The notes under the pieces: model-generated
The model's input: only the letters and a program-made list of their open reading frames with translations
What the model was told of the DNA's origin: nothing
Database searches by the model: none
Made by a program: the position numbers and the translations under genes
Source of the DNA: Anaerolineae bacterium
Lineage (GTDB): Bacteria; Chloroflexota; Anaerolineae; Epilineales; Epilineaceae
Assembly: GCA_044228875.1 (NCBI GenBank)
Contig: JBGAUA010000002.1
Coordinates: forward strand, 5,397-69,396
Direction: 5' to 3'
Length of the DNA: 64,000 nt
Shown here: positions 24,094-33,557 of the stretch, piece after piece
How positions within the stretch are numbered: the stretch's first letter is position 1
How the letters are laid out: every line of letters starts with the position of its first letter

Positions 24094-26340
24094 ATGAGAC
24101 TGAGACCAGCATCCGCGGCCGGCGCGCGAACGATGCTTGCGACGGGGCTGGCCGCCATGGTCCTGGCGGGGACGGCGCAGGCGCCGGCCGGACGGGCGGC
24201 GCCCCGCCGGATCGATCAGGCGCCGCCTGTCGCGGCCGATTTCAAGCCGGCGACCCTCCCCGGCGGCGCCTTCTATGGCGTCGACAGCTTCGACCTGCCT
24301 CCCGGATCGCCCTTGTCGAAGGACGCGCAGCAGATCATCGCCGTGGGGGGTAGGCTGACGCGCGCGGACCGCGGCGCGACGTGGTCTGCAATCGACAGCC
24401 CGTTCCAGCTCCGGCACATGGTGGCCACCTCCAACGGCGTGCTCCTGGTCAACGATGTCAACGGCAAGGGCTACCGCTCGGATTCCCTGGGGACCACCTG
24501 GACGCCGGTCGAACTCGAGCCGGGGGCGAAGATGCGCTTCCTGTCCGTGTCCGAGAACTTCGCCCGCGATGGGCAGGCCTTGGCCATCACCCTGGCCGAA
24601 TGGCAGCTCTACCGTTACGACCGCTCGCGCAGCCGCTGGACCCAGGCCGTCCTCAGAGCCGGCGAGACCCACCTGGTGGGGGCCGCCGGCTTCTCTCCCA
24701 ACGTCGTCGTGGACGAGCTGGTCCTGGCCGGCGCGGATGACGGGGTCTACCGCTCCCCGGATGCCGGGCAGACCTGGCAGCGCGTGGCCTCCGTCGCCGA
24801 CGGCGCGCCGGCCTTCGGCCCAGCCGGCGGCGCGCCCGAGGAGCAGGGCATCGTCTTTCCGCGCGACTTCGGCGACGACCGGCAGCAGCGCTACGATGCC
24901 GACGATCCGACGGTCTTCGCCTTCAACAAGGACGGCATCTACCGCTCCGACAACAAGGGCGATTCCTGGCGGCGACTGCCCTTCAGCGGCGCCAGGGTCC
25001 GGGACCTGGCGGTCTCCAACGCCTGGCCCTACGATCCTGTCCTGCTGGCCGCGGTCGACGCGCCGGGGCGGATCGGCGCGATCTCCCAGGACGGCGGCCA
25101 GTCCTGGGACTGGGTCGACGGCCCCCCGGGTGTGATGGGCACCGGCGCCGCGCTCTCGCGCGACTTCGGCGTTCCCGGTAGCAGAACCCCCTACAACTGG
25201 GATTCCCGTAAAGGCCCGACCGCCCTGTCCCTGCCGGCCCTCTACAAGAACCAGCTCCTGGGGCCTGTCGAGCGCTTTCGCGGATCGCGCGAGCTGTTCC
25301 TGGCCACTGACGGCGACGGCATCTGGCCGGGCCGTCTGGTGCTGGAGCCGAACGGGCGGGAGCGGGCTGTCTGGGATGCCGCCGGGCATAGGGCGTCGGA
25401 CATCAGCCTGGGCAGTGGCGAGCCGACCACCCTGCTGCACCTGGACGACGGCTCGGGCAGCATCCTGGCCGGCAGCCGGGCCAGCGGGCTGTACCGCAGC
25501 CGTGACGGCGGCGGCTCCTGGACCGCGGCAGGCGGCGCGGAGAGCCTGCCGCGGGGTCGGGAGCAGACCATTCACCGGCTGGTCGCCGCGCCGGGAACCG
25601 GCGGGACCTTGTTCGCGGCGACGGAGAGCGGCGTCTGGCTGAGTCGCGACAGCGGGCAGGCCTGGCGGCGAACCAGCGGCCCGGCCCCGGCGCGGTCGCT
25701 GGCCGTGTCGCCGGACTTCGCCAACGATCGCACGCTCGTCTCCGCCCGGCAGATCTCCCGCGACGGCGGCGAGACCTGGAGCCCCTTGGCTGGGCAATCG
25801 GCCGACTTCGACTGGTCTGCGGCCGCCTTCTCCGCCGATTACGGGCGCGACCGCACGATCTACGCGGCGCTCAACCTGCCGGCGGACAAGCGCAACCTCG
25901 ACGACTGGCCGCTCAAGGTATCGCGGGATGGTGGCCAGACCTGGGGCGAAGTCCAGGATTCATACCTGCGGCAGAGCGGGATCCTGGCCCTGACCACGGT
26001 GGTGGCGGGAACGGATCCTTTGCGCGTGCTGGTCGGGACGGACCGCGGCCTCGTGCTCTCGACGGATGGCGGCAAGACGTTCACCAAGCCCGCCAACCTG
26101 CCAAGCTCCGCGGTGCGGGCGGTGGACGCGCGGTCGCTCAGCCAGCCTTTCTTCACCGCGGCCATCGTCGTGGCGGGGGACGCCGGCGTCTACTGGTCGT
26201 CCAATCGTGGCAACACCTGGACGGCGGGTCCGAAGGAGCTCAAGGACTTCCGCGGCGCGGCACTGGCCCCGGACGGGCAGGCGTTCCTGTTGTTCCGCAT
26301 GGTGGACCTGCTGAGCTACGCCAAGGTCTTCACCCCCTGA
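24094..26340 (+). CDS. secreted BNR/Asp-box repeat beta-propeller protein
   Basis: ATG 24094 lies 6 nt after AGGAGGAG. It has a signal-like N-terminus and about ten SxDxGxTW-type boxes (SDSLGTTW, SPDAGQTW, SQDGGQSW, SRDGGETW, SRDGGQTW, STDGGKTF, ...). Confidence 0.85.
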   Translation: MRLRPASAAGARTMLATGLAAMVLAGTAQAPAGRAAPRRIDQAPPVAADFKPATLPGGAFYGVDSFDLPPGSPLSKDAQQIIAVGGRLTRADRGATWSAIDSPFQLRHMVATSNGVLLVNDVNGKGYRSDSLGTTWTPVELEPGAKMRFLSVSENFARDGQALAITLAEWQLYRYDRSRSRWTQAVLRAGETHLVGAAGFSPNVVVDELVLAGADDGVYRSPDAGQTWQRVASVADGAPAFGPAGGAPEEQGIVFPRDFGDDRQQRYDADDPTVFAFNKDGIYRSDNKGDSWRRLPFSGARVRDLAVSNAWPYDPVLLAAVDAPGRIGAISQDGGQSWDWVDGPPGVMGTGAALSRDFGVPGSRTPYNWDSRKGPTALSLPALYKNQLLGPVERFRGSRELFLATDGDGIWPGRLVLEPNGRERAVWDAAGHRASDISLGSGEPTTLLHLDDGSGSILAGSRASGLYRSRDGGGSWTAAGGAESLPRGREQTIHRLVAAPGTGGTLFAATESGVWLSRDSGQAWRRTSGPAPARSLAVSPDFANDRTLVSARQISRDGGETWSPLAGQSADFDWSAAAFSADYGRDRTIYAALNLPADKRNLDDWPLKVSRDGGQTWGEVQDSYLRQSGILALTTVVAGTDPLRVLVGTDRGLVLSTDGGKTFTKPANLPSSAVRAVDARSLSQPFFTAAIVVAGDAGVYWSSNRGNTWTAGPKELKDFRGAALAPDGQAFLLFRMVDLLSYAKVFTP

Positions 26341-26358
26341 GGGTGAGCGAGGCCACCG

Positions 26359-27660
26359 ATGTCAGAGCAAGGCCTGTCGAGCGGGTCGAACCGACCATGG
26401 CTCAAGCCGCTCCTGGACCTGGCCCTGGTCCTGTTGATCCTCGCTTTGGGGTTGGGGCCGCGCTTGGATGCGGCCCGTTCCTACACCCTGCCGCCTCAGG
26501 CGGAGGAGGAGCTCTACAACCGCTACGCGGTGCCCTGGTCCCTGGGAGAGGGAGCCGCGCCGCGCGAGAAGGAATTCCCCTGGCACCCTCTGGGGTCCTT
26601 CACCCACCGCCCGCCCGGCTATGCCCTGTTCCTGGGCCTGGTCTACCGCGTCGCGGGCACGGAGAACTGGCCCGCCGTGCGCCTGACCCAGGCCTGGCTC
26701 GGAGCCGCCGCGCTGGCCCTGCTCTACGCCATCGGAATCCTGGTCTACGGTGGCTGGGCCGGTCGCGCGGCGGGCCTGACCGCGGCGCTGCTCATGGCCC
26801 GCTACGACTTCCTGCTGCTCTTCGTCGGGCGACTGCTTTCCGAGACGGTCTACCTGCTGCTCTGCCTGGCCTTCCTGGCGCTGGCCCTGCTCGCGCTGCG
26901 CCGGCGGCATCCCTGGATCAGTCTGGCGGCCGGCTACGTCCTGGGCTGGGCCAACCTCACCCGGCCCTTTGTGATCTTCTTGGCGCCGGGCTACCTGCTG
27001 TGGCTGCTCATCGCCCCGCGGCTGGAACACCGCCGGCGGCACCTGGCGCTGGCGGCCTTCGGTCTGCTGGCGGCGATCGGTCCGGTGACGCTGCGCAACT
27101 GGCAGTTCCACGGGCGTCTGATCCCGATCTCGACCAACGGCGGCTTCACGCTGTACAACAGCATCGTCAAGGTGGAGGGACTGAGCGCGCCGGAGGATCT
27201 GCCTTCGGAGGACGCGATTGACGCGCTGGAGCTCGGTGAGCTTGCCGAGCAGGGGGCCTTTCGCCAGGCGGCGCTGGACTACATGCGCCGCCATCCGGAG
27301 GATCTGCCGCGCATCTTCGCGCGCAAGTTCCGGATCCTCCTGGCCGCCAAGGACGGGCACAAGGTCTCGCACGAGCTCATGGCGACGCCCGATGACACCT
27401 GGCTATACCCCTTGCTGTGGATCGGCGCCCTGTTGAGCCTGGCGGTGCGGCCCCGTCAACGGTGGCATCCGCGCCTGCTCCTGCTTCTGGCCATCGGCAG
27501 CCAGTTGATCGTCTGCCTGGTCACCAACACCGAGGCGCGCTACCGCGTGCCCATTGTGCCGCTCTACGCCCTGCTGGCCGCCTGGACGCCGATCGGGCTG
27601 TTCTCCCTGGGTCGGTTCACCGGGTCGGCGCCTACCGCGCGGGATGAGGTCGGCGCCTGA
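26359..27660 (+). CDS. GT-C fold membrane glycosyltransferase (ArnT/PMT_2-like)
   Basis: 433 aa and polytopic (more than 9 hydrophobic segments). An acidic first loop (PPQAEEELYNRYAVPW) is followed by a typical RPPGYALFLGLVY segment. Confidence 0.65.
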   Translation: MSEQGLSSGSNRPWLKPLLDLALVLLILALGLGPRLDAARSYTLPPQAEEELYNRYAVPWSLGEGAAPREKEFPWHPLGSFTHRPPGYALFLGLVYRVAGTENWPAVRLTQAWLGAAALALLYAIGILVYGGWAGRAAGLTAALLMARYDFLLLFVGRLLSETVYLLLCLAFLALALLALRRRHPWISLAAGYVLGWANLTRPFVIFLAPGYLLWLLIAPRLEHRRRHLALAAFGLLAAIGPVTLRNWQFHGRLIPISTNGGFTLYNSIVKVEGLSAPEDLPSEDAIDALELGELAEQGAFRQAALDYMRRHPEDLPRIFARKFRILLAAKDGHKVSHELMATPDDTWLYPLLWIGALLSLAVRPRQRWHPRLLLLLAIGSQLIVCLVTNTEARYRVPIVPLYALLAAWTPIGLFSLGRFTGSAPTARDEVGA

Positions 27661-30563
27661 TGCGGTGGCCGCTGCGCCGCCGACCGAGCCTGGTCGGCTT
27701 CATGACCTTGGTTGCCGCCGTCCTCCTCGTCCGGCTCTATCTCTGGCGCCTGGACGGCTATCTCCTCAACGACGACGAGGGCAGCTATCTCTACGCTGCC
27801 TGGCGCATCGCTCTGGGCGAGCGGCCCTATTGCGACTTCCTGACCCCGCAGCTGCCCGCTTTCCTGTATCCGGGCGGGCTTCTGATGCGCCTGGCTGGCC
27901 CGGAAGTCTGGGCCGCGCGGGCCTTGTCCACCGCCCTCACCCTGGGGGCGGGTCTGTGGACCTACATGGGATCCCGACGGCTGTTCGGTCCCTGGGCGGC
28001 CTTGGTGGCCGCCGCTGCCTTCCTCCTGCAGCCGGAGGTGTTCCTGCACGGTCGCACCTATCGGTCGGACCCCTTCATGCTCTTCGCGGCCACCTTGGGG
28101 GTCTACCTCTTCAGCCGCGGGGTCTTCCCGCGGCCCGGCGCGGCGGACCCTCCTCGCCGCCGCTGGCTGGCGGCGGCGGGGCTGGCCTTCGGCCTGGCCA
28201 CGCTCAGCAAGCTCTTCGGCCCCTTGCCACTGGCCGGCTGTCTGCTCTGGCTCCTGGTCGACGCCCGGTGGCGTCGTCGGTCGCTGCGACCGGTCCTGGC
28301 CGATGCCCTCGCCAGCCTGCTGCCCTGCGCGCTGCTGGTCGGAGGGGTCATGGGTGTCTTTGCCCTGTCCGGCTGCCAGGTGATGGAGGATGTCGTCGGG
28401 CACCACCTCCTCCAGAACCAGGGCCTGGGTTGGGCGCGCATGCTATCTGACGCCTGGGTCTTCCTGAGCCGCGCCCTGCGCGAACCGGGCAATGCGCTCC
28501 TCGCCTTCCCGGCGCTGGCCCTGGCGGTGGCGGCCTGGCGCGGCCGCGAGCGGCGCACGGCCTTCTTTGTCGCCCAGCTGCCCACGGTGCTGGCCTTCTT
28601 CCTGCTGTCCCGCGAGAAGTACACCCGACATCTTCTGTACCTGGTCCCGGCGCTGGCGACCTTGTTCGGTGCCGCCATGCTGCGCCTGGCGACGGAGTGG
28701 CGCGAGACGATGGCCGACGAAAGCCGGCGGCGCACACTGGCACCGCCGGCGCTTCTCTCCCTGGCGCTCATCGCCGCTCTCCTGGTGCCCTGGCGGCTCT
28801 GGAACCGCGATGTCGCCTACAGCTGGGAGACGGGCACCGCGAGTCTGGCTGCCTTCGTCTCCCTGCTGACCGCGCCGGACGACCTGTTCCTCTCCGACTA
28901 CTCCGAGCTCAACTTCTACGCCCGGCGCCCGACCACCTACTCCGCTGCCTCGCTGTCGGCGGGAGCGGCGCAGAGTGGCCAGATCACCTGGCGGCGACTG
29001 GCGGAGGAGTTGAACGGCCGGCTCCCGCCCTTGGTGGTCATGGACACCGATCCGGAGTACGCCCACACGCGCTTCTTCAAGGGCGAGGATCGCGCCGCGT
29101 TCGAGGCCTGGCTCGGTGAGCATTACGGCCCGCCCGCTGGCAGCTTCCGCCGTGACGTCCAGAGCTACGACGTCTACGCGGCCAAGGAACGTCCGCTGCC
29201 GACCCGGGCTCGATTCATCGGTGGGCCGCGGCTGCTGGCGGCCGCGCCGGATCGGATCAGCGCCGGCTCCGGCGATCGGGTTGCGGTGCAGAGCGCCTGG
29301 CAGGCGCCGGCCGAAGGAGAGGTGCCAATCGACAGGGATCTGGGGATGACCTTGCGACTGATCGATGCTGCGGGCATCGAATGGTCGCAGGCTGACGGCG
29401 GGCTCTTCGCCTCCGATCCCTCGTCCCTGAAGCTCCATCGACGGCCCACCAGCGCCTGGACTCCAGGCGAGTTCAGCGCCGGCAGCGTCGCCATCACCGT
29501 ACCCTGGGGGTTGCCGGCCGGGTCCTACGATCTGCTACTGGGACTCTATGCCCGACCCGACAGCAAGGGCCTGGACGTCGTGACGGATACCGGAGCGCCC
29601 TTGGGCCAGAGCCTGGCCATCGCCACCCTGACGATCGCGCCATGGCGGGCGGAGCCGGCGGCGATCGCCAATCAGCTTCTGGACCTGGATTTGCGGGATG
29701 AGACGTCGGCTGTCCGGCCGCGCCTCCTGGGGCGCGGGCCGCTGCCCACATCGCCGGTGGCGGCAGGCGCCGCCCTGCCCTTGGACCTGTGGTGGTCCCT
29801 GCCGCCGGACGGCGGTGCGGAGCCTGGTGGCGCGGCTCCTGTCCGGCTGACCCTCACGCGGGACGAAGACGAGGCTGTGGCGGCCGACTGGCTGCAGGTG
29901 CTCCCTTCGCTGCCGTCGGTGGCTGACGGTCCGCCGTCCCTGATCCTCCAGCGAGCGTACCTGCCCACCGAGCCCACGGCCCCGGCCGGTCGTTACCGGC
30001 TGCGCGCCGTCTGGCCGGCGGTGGCAGCCGAGCCCCAGTTCGTCGAACTCGGCGAGGTCGAGCTGCGGGCCCCCGCGCGTGACGACCTGTTCTTCGATCT
30101 GCCGACGGGGCAACCGCGCCGCCGCCTGGACGCGGGCTTTGGGACGGTGGCGCGCCTGCTGGGCACCGACCTGGACGAGGCGACGACCGTCAGCCCTGGG
30201 GCGGGCTTGACCGTCGAGCTTTACTGGCGGGCCGAAGCACCCCTTCCGGTCAACTACCAGGTCACCGTCCAGGTTCTGGATGAGGCGGGCAAGGTGGTCG
30301 CTCAGCATGACGGCCCGCCAGCGGAGGGCGCCCGTCCCGCGGCGGACTGGCTGCGCGGCGAGGTCATCGTCGATCGCCATCCGTTGGAGACCGAGACATT
30401 GGCGCCGGGAACCTACCGGATCCTGACCGGCCTTTACCACCCGGTAACAGGGCGGCGCATCGAGCCGTCCGGCCAAGCACCGATGGCGGCGGACCTGGTG
30501 GAGGTCGGCCGTGTTCGGGTGCTGCCGACCGCAGACGCCACGGGTCCCGCCGTCGAGCCCTGA
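27660..30563 (+). CDS. GT-C fold membrane glycosyltransferase with about 470-aa extracytoplasmic C-terminal region
   Basis: The ATG overlaps the upstream stop (TGATG). First-loop motif LNDDEGSYLYAAWRI. A polytopic N-terminal half is followed by three related soluble modules (see findings). Confidence 0.7.
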   Translation: MRWPLRRRPSLVGFMTLVAAVLLVRLYLWRLDGYLLNDDEGSYLYAAWRIALGERPYCDFLTPQLPAFLYPGGLLMRLAGPEVWAARALSTALTLGAGLWTYMGSRRLFGPWAALVAAAAFLLQPEVFLHGRTYRSDPFMLFAATLGVYLFSRGVFPRPGAADPPRRRWLAAAGLAFGLATLSKLFGPLPLAGCLLWLLVDARWRRRSLRPVLADALASLLPCALLVGGVMGVFALSGCQVMEDVVGHHLLQNQGLGWARMLSDAWVFLSRALREPGNALLAFPALALAVAAWRGRERRTAFFVAQLPTVLAFFLLSREKYTRHLLYLVPALATLFGAAMLRLATEWRETMADESRRRTLAPPALLSLALIAALLVPWRLWNRDVAYSWETGTASLAAFVSLLTAPDDLFLSDYSELNFYARRPTTYSAASLSAGAAQSGQITWRRLAEELNGRLPPLVVMDTDPEYAHTRFFKGEDRAAFEAWLGEHYGPPAGSFRRDVQSYDVYAAKERPLPTRARFIGGPRLLAAAPDRISAGSGDRVAVQSAWQAPAEGEVPIDRDLGMTLRLIDAAGIEWSQADGGLFASDPSSLKLHRRPTSAWTPGEFSAGSVAITVPWGLPAGSYDLLLGLYARPDSKGLDVVTDTGAPLGQSLAIATLTIAPWRAEPAAIANQLLDLDLRDETSAVRPRLLGRGPLPTSPVAAGAALPLDLWWSLPPDGGAEPGGAAPVRLTLTRDEDEAVAADWLQVLPSLPSVADGPPSLILQRAYLPTEPTAPAGRYRLRAVWPAVAAEPQFVELGEVELRAPARDDLFFDLPTGQPRRRLDAGFGTVARLLGTDLDEATTVSPGAGLTVELYWRAEAPLPVNYQVTVQVLDEAGKVVAQHDGPPAEGARPAADWLRGEVIVDRHPLETETLAPGTYRILTGLYHPVTGRRIEPSGQAPMAADLVEVGRVRVLPTADATGPAVEP

Positions 30564-30594
30564 TCCGGCTCGCGCCTGCGGCGCGGCGCCGAGA

Positions 30595-31665
30595 TCAGTT
30601 CGCCTGGACCAGGGTCCCGATCCCGGCCGCCCGGCGCAGGCGACGCATGGTCGCCATGGCGATGCCGCGGGCCCGCTCGGCGCCGTCGGCCAGGTGGCTG
30701 TCCAAGGCTGCGCGATCGCCGATCAAGGCCTCGTAGTGCGTGCGCATCGGAGCGAGGGTGGCGTTCATCTCCTCGAGGAGCGCGGCCTTGGCCTGGCCGT
30801 AACCCATCCCGCCGGCGCGGTACCGCGCGGCCAGCTCAGCCTGTCGCTCGGGCGAGGCGAAGAGGCGGTAAAGGTTGAACACGTTGCAGCTGTCCGGATC
30901 CTTGGGCTCCTCCACGGTCTTGGAGTCCGTCACCACGCGCCCGACGAGCTTCTTGAGTTGGGATTCGGGAGCGAAGAGCGGGATGGTGTTGTCGTAGGAT
31001 TTGCTCATCTTGCGGCCGTCCAGGCCCGGCACGATGTCCGAGGCGGCGGCGGTCACCGGCTCGGGGACCACCAGCAGCTCGGCGCCGTAGGCATGGTTGA
31101 TGGACTGCGCGATGTCGGCGCAGATCTCCACATGCTGCTTCTGGTCGCGCCCGACGGGCACCGCGTCGGTGTCGAAGAGCAGGATGTCGGCGGCCATGAG
31201 CACCGGGTAGGTGTAGAGACCCATGTTGACGCCGGCGTCGGCGTCCCGACCTGCCGCCTCATTCTTGGCGATGGCGTCCTTGTAGGCGTGGGCCCGGTTC
31301 ATGTGCCCCTTGGCGGTGAAGGCCATCAGGAAGGTGGCCAACTCGAAGGTCTCCGGGATGTCCGACTGGCGGTACAGCAGCATGCGCGCCGGATCCAACC
31401 CGCAGGCGATCCAGGTGGCGGCCACCTCGTAGGTCAGGTCGGAGAGGCGTCGCGGGTCGTGGATGCTGTTCAGCGCGTGGTAGTCGGCGATGAAGAAGCG
31501 GGCCTCGTAGGATTGCGCCAGGGCCAGCGCCGGGCGGATGGCGCCCAGGTAGTTGCCGATATGGGGGGTGCCGGTGGGTTTGATGCCCGTGAGGGCGACG
31601 CTGGGCTGGCTCATGTGCTTGCGGGATCCGTTGGGTTGCGCCGGAAGAAGCGGGAACCCGGTCAT
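30595..31665 (-). CDS. trpS: tryptophan--tRNA ligase
   Basis: TGIKPTGTPHIGNYLGA (HIGH-class motif), PVGRDQKQH and KMSKS. The start is ambiguous between ATG 31665 and ATG 31614 (MSQPSVALTG...). Confidence 0.9.
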   Translation of the reverse strand: MTGFPLLPAQPNGSRKHMSQPSVALTGIKPTGTPHIGNYLGAIRPALALAQSYEARFFIADYHALNSIHDPRRLSDLTYEVAATWIACGLDPARMLLYRQSDIPETFELATFLMAFTAKGHMNRAHAYKDAIAKNEAAGRDADAGVNMGLYTYPVLMAADILLFDTDAVPVGRDQKQHVEICADIAQSINHAYGAELLVVPEPVTAAASDIVPGLDGRKMSKSYDNTIPLFAPESQLKKLVGRVVTDSKTVEEPKDPDSCNVFNLYRLFASPERQAELAARYRAGGMGYGQAKAALLEEMNATLAPMRTHYEALIGDRAALDSHLADGAERARGIAMATMRRLRRAAGIGTLVQAN

Positions 31666-31690
31666 TATACCGCCGCCGGCGCCGGCTTTT

Positions 31691-32581
31691 TCAGGCGTCG
31701 CTGCCGTAATCCAGTTCCATGCCCCGCGCCCAGCGCATGGAAAGCCAAAGGAGGGCCGCTGTCACGAACAGGAGCCCGAAGACCGCCTGGGGAGCCGAGG
31801 TCGGGGCGGCGACGACGGAGATGAGCTGGGTCTTGGCTGGGATCGGGCCCAGGGACTGCAGGTAGTGGATGATGCTGAGCTTCTGGAGCCCGGCCGGGAG
31901 GAAGAGGTTGATGGATTCCCAGACCATCAGGAACAGGGTCGGGAAGATGGGGTTTCTGAAGCGCAGGCCGAGGGCCAGGAAGACCGCGCCGTAGCCGAGG
32001 CAGCCCAGGAAGCCGATGCCGGCGTAGGTCAGTCCCAGGCGCAGGCCTTGGGCCCCGAGCAGCGCGGGGAGGGTCTCGCTCAAGGGTCCGTCCAGATGGG
32101 CGGCGGCCCACATGGCCAGGCTGCCCAGCATGAAGGTGGCGCCGGTGAAGATCAGGCCGCTGAGATACTTCGCCGCCACCACAAGTTCGCGCCGCACCGG
32201 GGACAGGTAGCTGTAATGGAGGTAGCGCCCGGCCACGGCGCTGCGGAAGCTGTTGAGGAAGACCGCGGCGCAGCCGAAGAAGACGCAGACTCGGAGCATC
32301 AGGCTGTGGAAGACCTCGGCGAAGGCCTGCCGCCAGTCGGCAAGGCTTCCGACGATCTCCTCGCCCGAATCTCCTGGACCCACCAGGTGCTTGATCGCGA
32401 TGATGAACAACAGCAGAAAGGCCGGGCCGAAGGCCAGGAGCAGGGGCGGCAAGCTCCAGAGTCCGGTGGCCCTGAGGCGCAGTTCCTGGCGGGTCAGGAC
32501 GCGCAGCTGGGCCCAGCGGCCGCGACCGAGGCCGGCGGATCGGTCCGAGGACGTCGCGGAGGGGGTCATGGTCGGATCCAC
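31691..32581 (-). CDS. ABC-2 type transporter permease (second pair)
   Basis: 296 aa with six hydrophobic segments, directly downstream of an ABC ATPase. Confidence 0.7.
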   Translation of the reverse strand: MDPTMTPSATSSDRSAGLGRGRWAQLRVLTRQELRLRATGLWSLPPLLLAFGPAFLLLFIIAIKHLVGPGDSGEEIVGSLADWRQAFAEVFHSLMLRVCVFFGCAAVFLNSFRSAVAGRYLHYSYLSPVRRELVVAAKYLSGLIFTGATFMLGSLAMWAAAHLDGPLSETLPALLGAQGLRLGLTYAGIGFLGCLGYGAVFLALGLRFRNPIFPTLFLMVWESINLFLPAGLQKLSIIHYLQSLGPIPAKTQLISVVAAPTSAPQAVFGLLFVTAALLWLSMRWARGMELDYGSDA

Positions 32582-32615
32582 AGGGGGGGCGCCGCGGGGC
32601 GCGGCGAGGGAGCGG

Positions 32616-33557
32616 TCATGATTCGCCGATCAGGTACTGGTAGACGGCGCCCACGTCATCGTCGACGGGCATCACCGTCTCGAGGGCCAGCCCGTCCTGC
32701 AGCACGGCGTCCTGGACGAGACGGTAGAAGCCCTCGGGATCGCGGGTGCGGGCGAAGAAGCCCCCGCCGTCCTCGTGGAGCTGAAGGTCGGTGACCGAAT
32801 CGCCGCCGACGAGCCGCGCCGCGAGGGGTCGCGGGTCCGCACAACGCACCACGATCTGCAGGGGATGGCGCGTCATCTCCCCGCGCACGCCCTGGATGTC
32901 TCCTTCGGCCACCACGTAGCCCTGGTTCATCAGGATCACCTGGTCGCTGAGAAGGTCCACCTCGTGCAGGATGTGGCTGGAGACGATGAGGTGTCTGCCG
33001 CCGGCTCCCCAGCGCCGGAACAGGGCGATGACCTCCGCGCGCGCCATCGGGTCCAGGCCGTTGAGCGGCTCGTCGAGCACCAGAACCGGCGGATCGTGGG
33101 CGATGGCGCGCGCCAGCTTGATCCGTTGGCGCATGCCCTTGGAATAGGCGGCCACCTTGCGCCCGGCCGCGTCCGACAGGCCGAGCTGATCGATGGTCTC
33201 TTCCGCCCGTCGCCGCGCGGCTCGGCTGTCCAACCCGCAGACCTCCAGGAAGCCGGCCACGAAGGCCAGCCCTGTGATGGCGGGGGGGAAGGTGTCTGGC
33301 TGGGCACAGTAGCCGACCAGGCGGTGCAGACGCTCCGGATCGTCGGTCGCCGTGCCGCGCACGGCAATGCCGCCCACCGTGGGGTGCAGGAGGCCGGTCA
33401 TCAGGTTCATCAGCGTGCTCTTGCCCGAGCCGTTGGGGCCGACCAGGCTGGTGATTCCCGGTGGAATGGCCAGGCTGACCCGGTTGACGCCCAGCACCTC
33501 GCCGTAGAACTTGGAGACATCCTGGAACAGGATCAGCGCGTCGGGATCGCCGCTCAT
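32616..33557 (-). CDS. ABC transporter ATP-binding protein (second pair)
   Basis: MSGDPDALILFQDVSKFYG...GPNGSGKSTLMN (Walker A), YSKGMRQRIKLARAI (signature) and VLVLDEPLNGLD (Walker B). ATG 33557 overlaps the upstream stop (ATGA). Confidence 0.9.
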   Translation of the reverse strand: MSGDPDALILFQDVSKFYGEVLGVNRVSLAIPPGITSLVGPNGSGKSTLMNLMTGLLHPTVGGIAVRGTATDDPERLHRLVGYCAQPDTFPPAITGLAFVAGFLEVCGLDSRAARRRAEETIDQLGLSDAAGRKVAAYSKGMRQRIKLARAIAHDPPVLVLDEPLNGLDPMARAEVIALFRRWGAGGRHLIVSSHILHEVDLLSDQVILMNQGYVVAEGDIQGVRGEMTRHPLQIVVRCADPRPLAARLVGGDSVTDLQLHEDGGGFFARTRDPEGFYRLVQDAVLQDGLALETVMPVDDDVGAVYQYLIGES

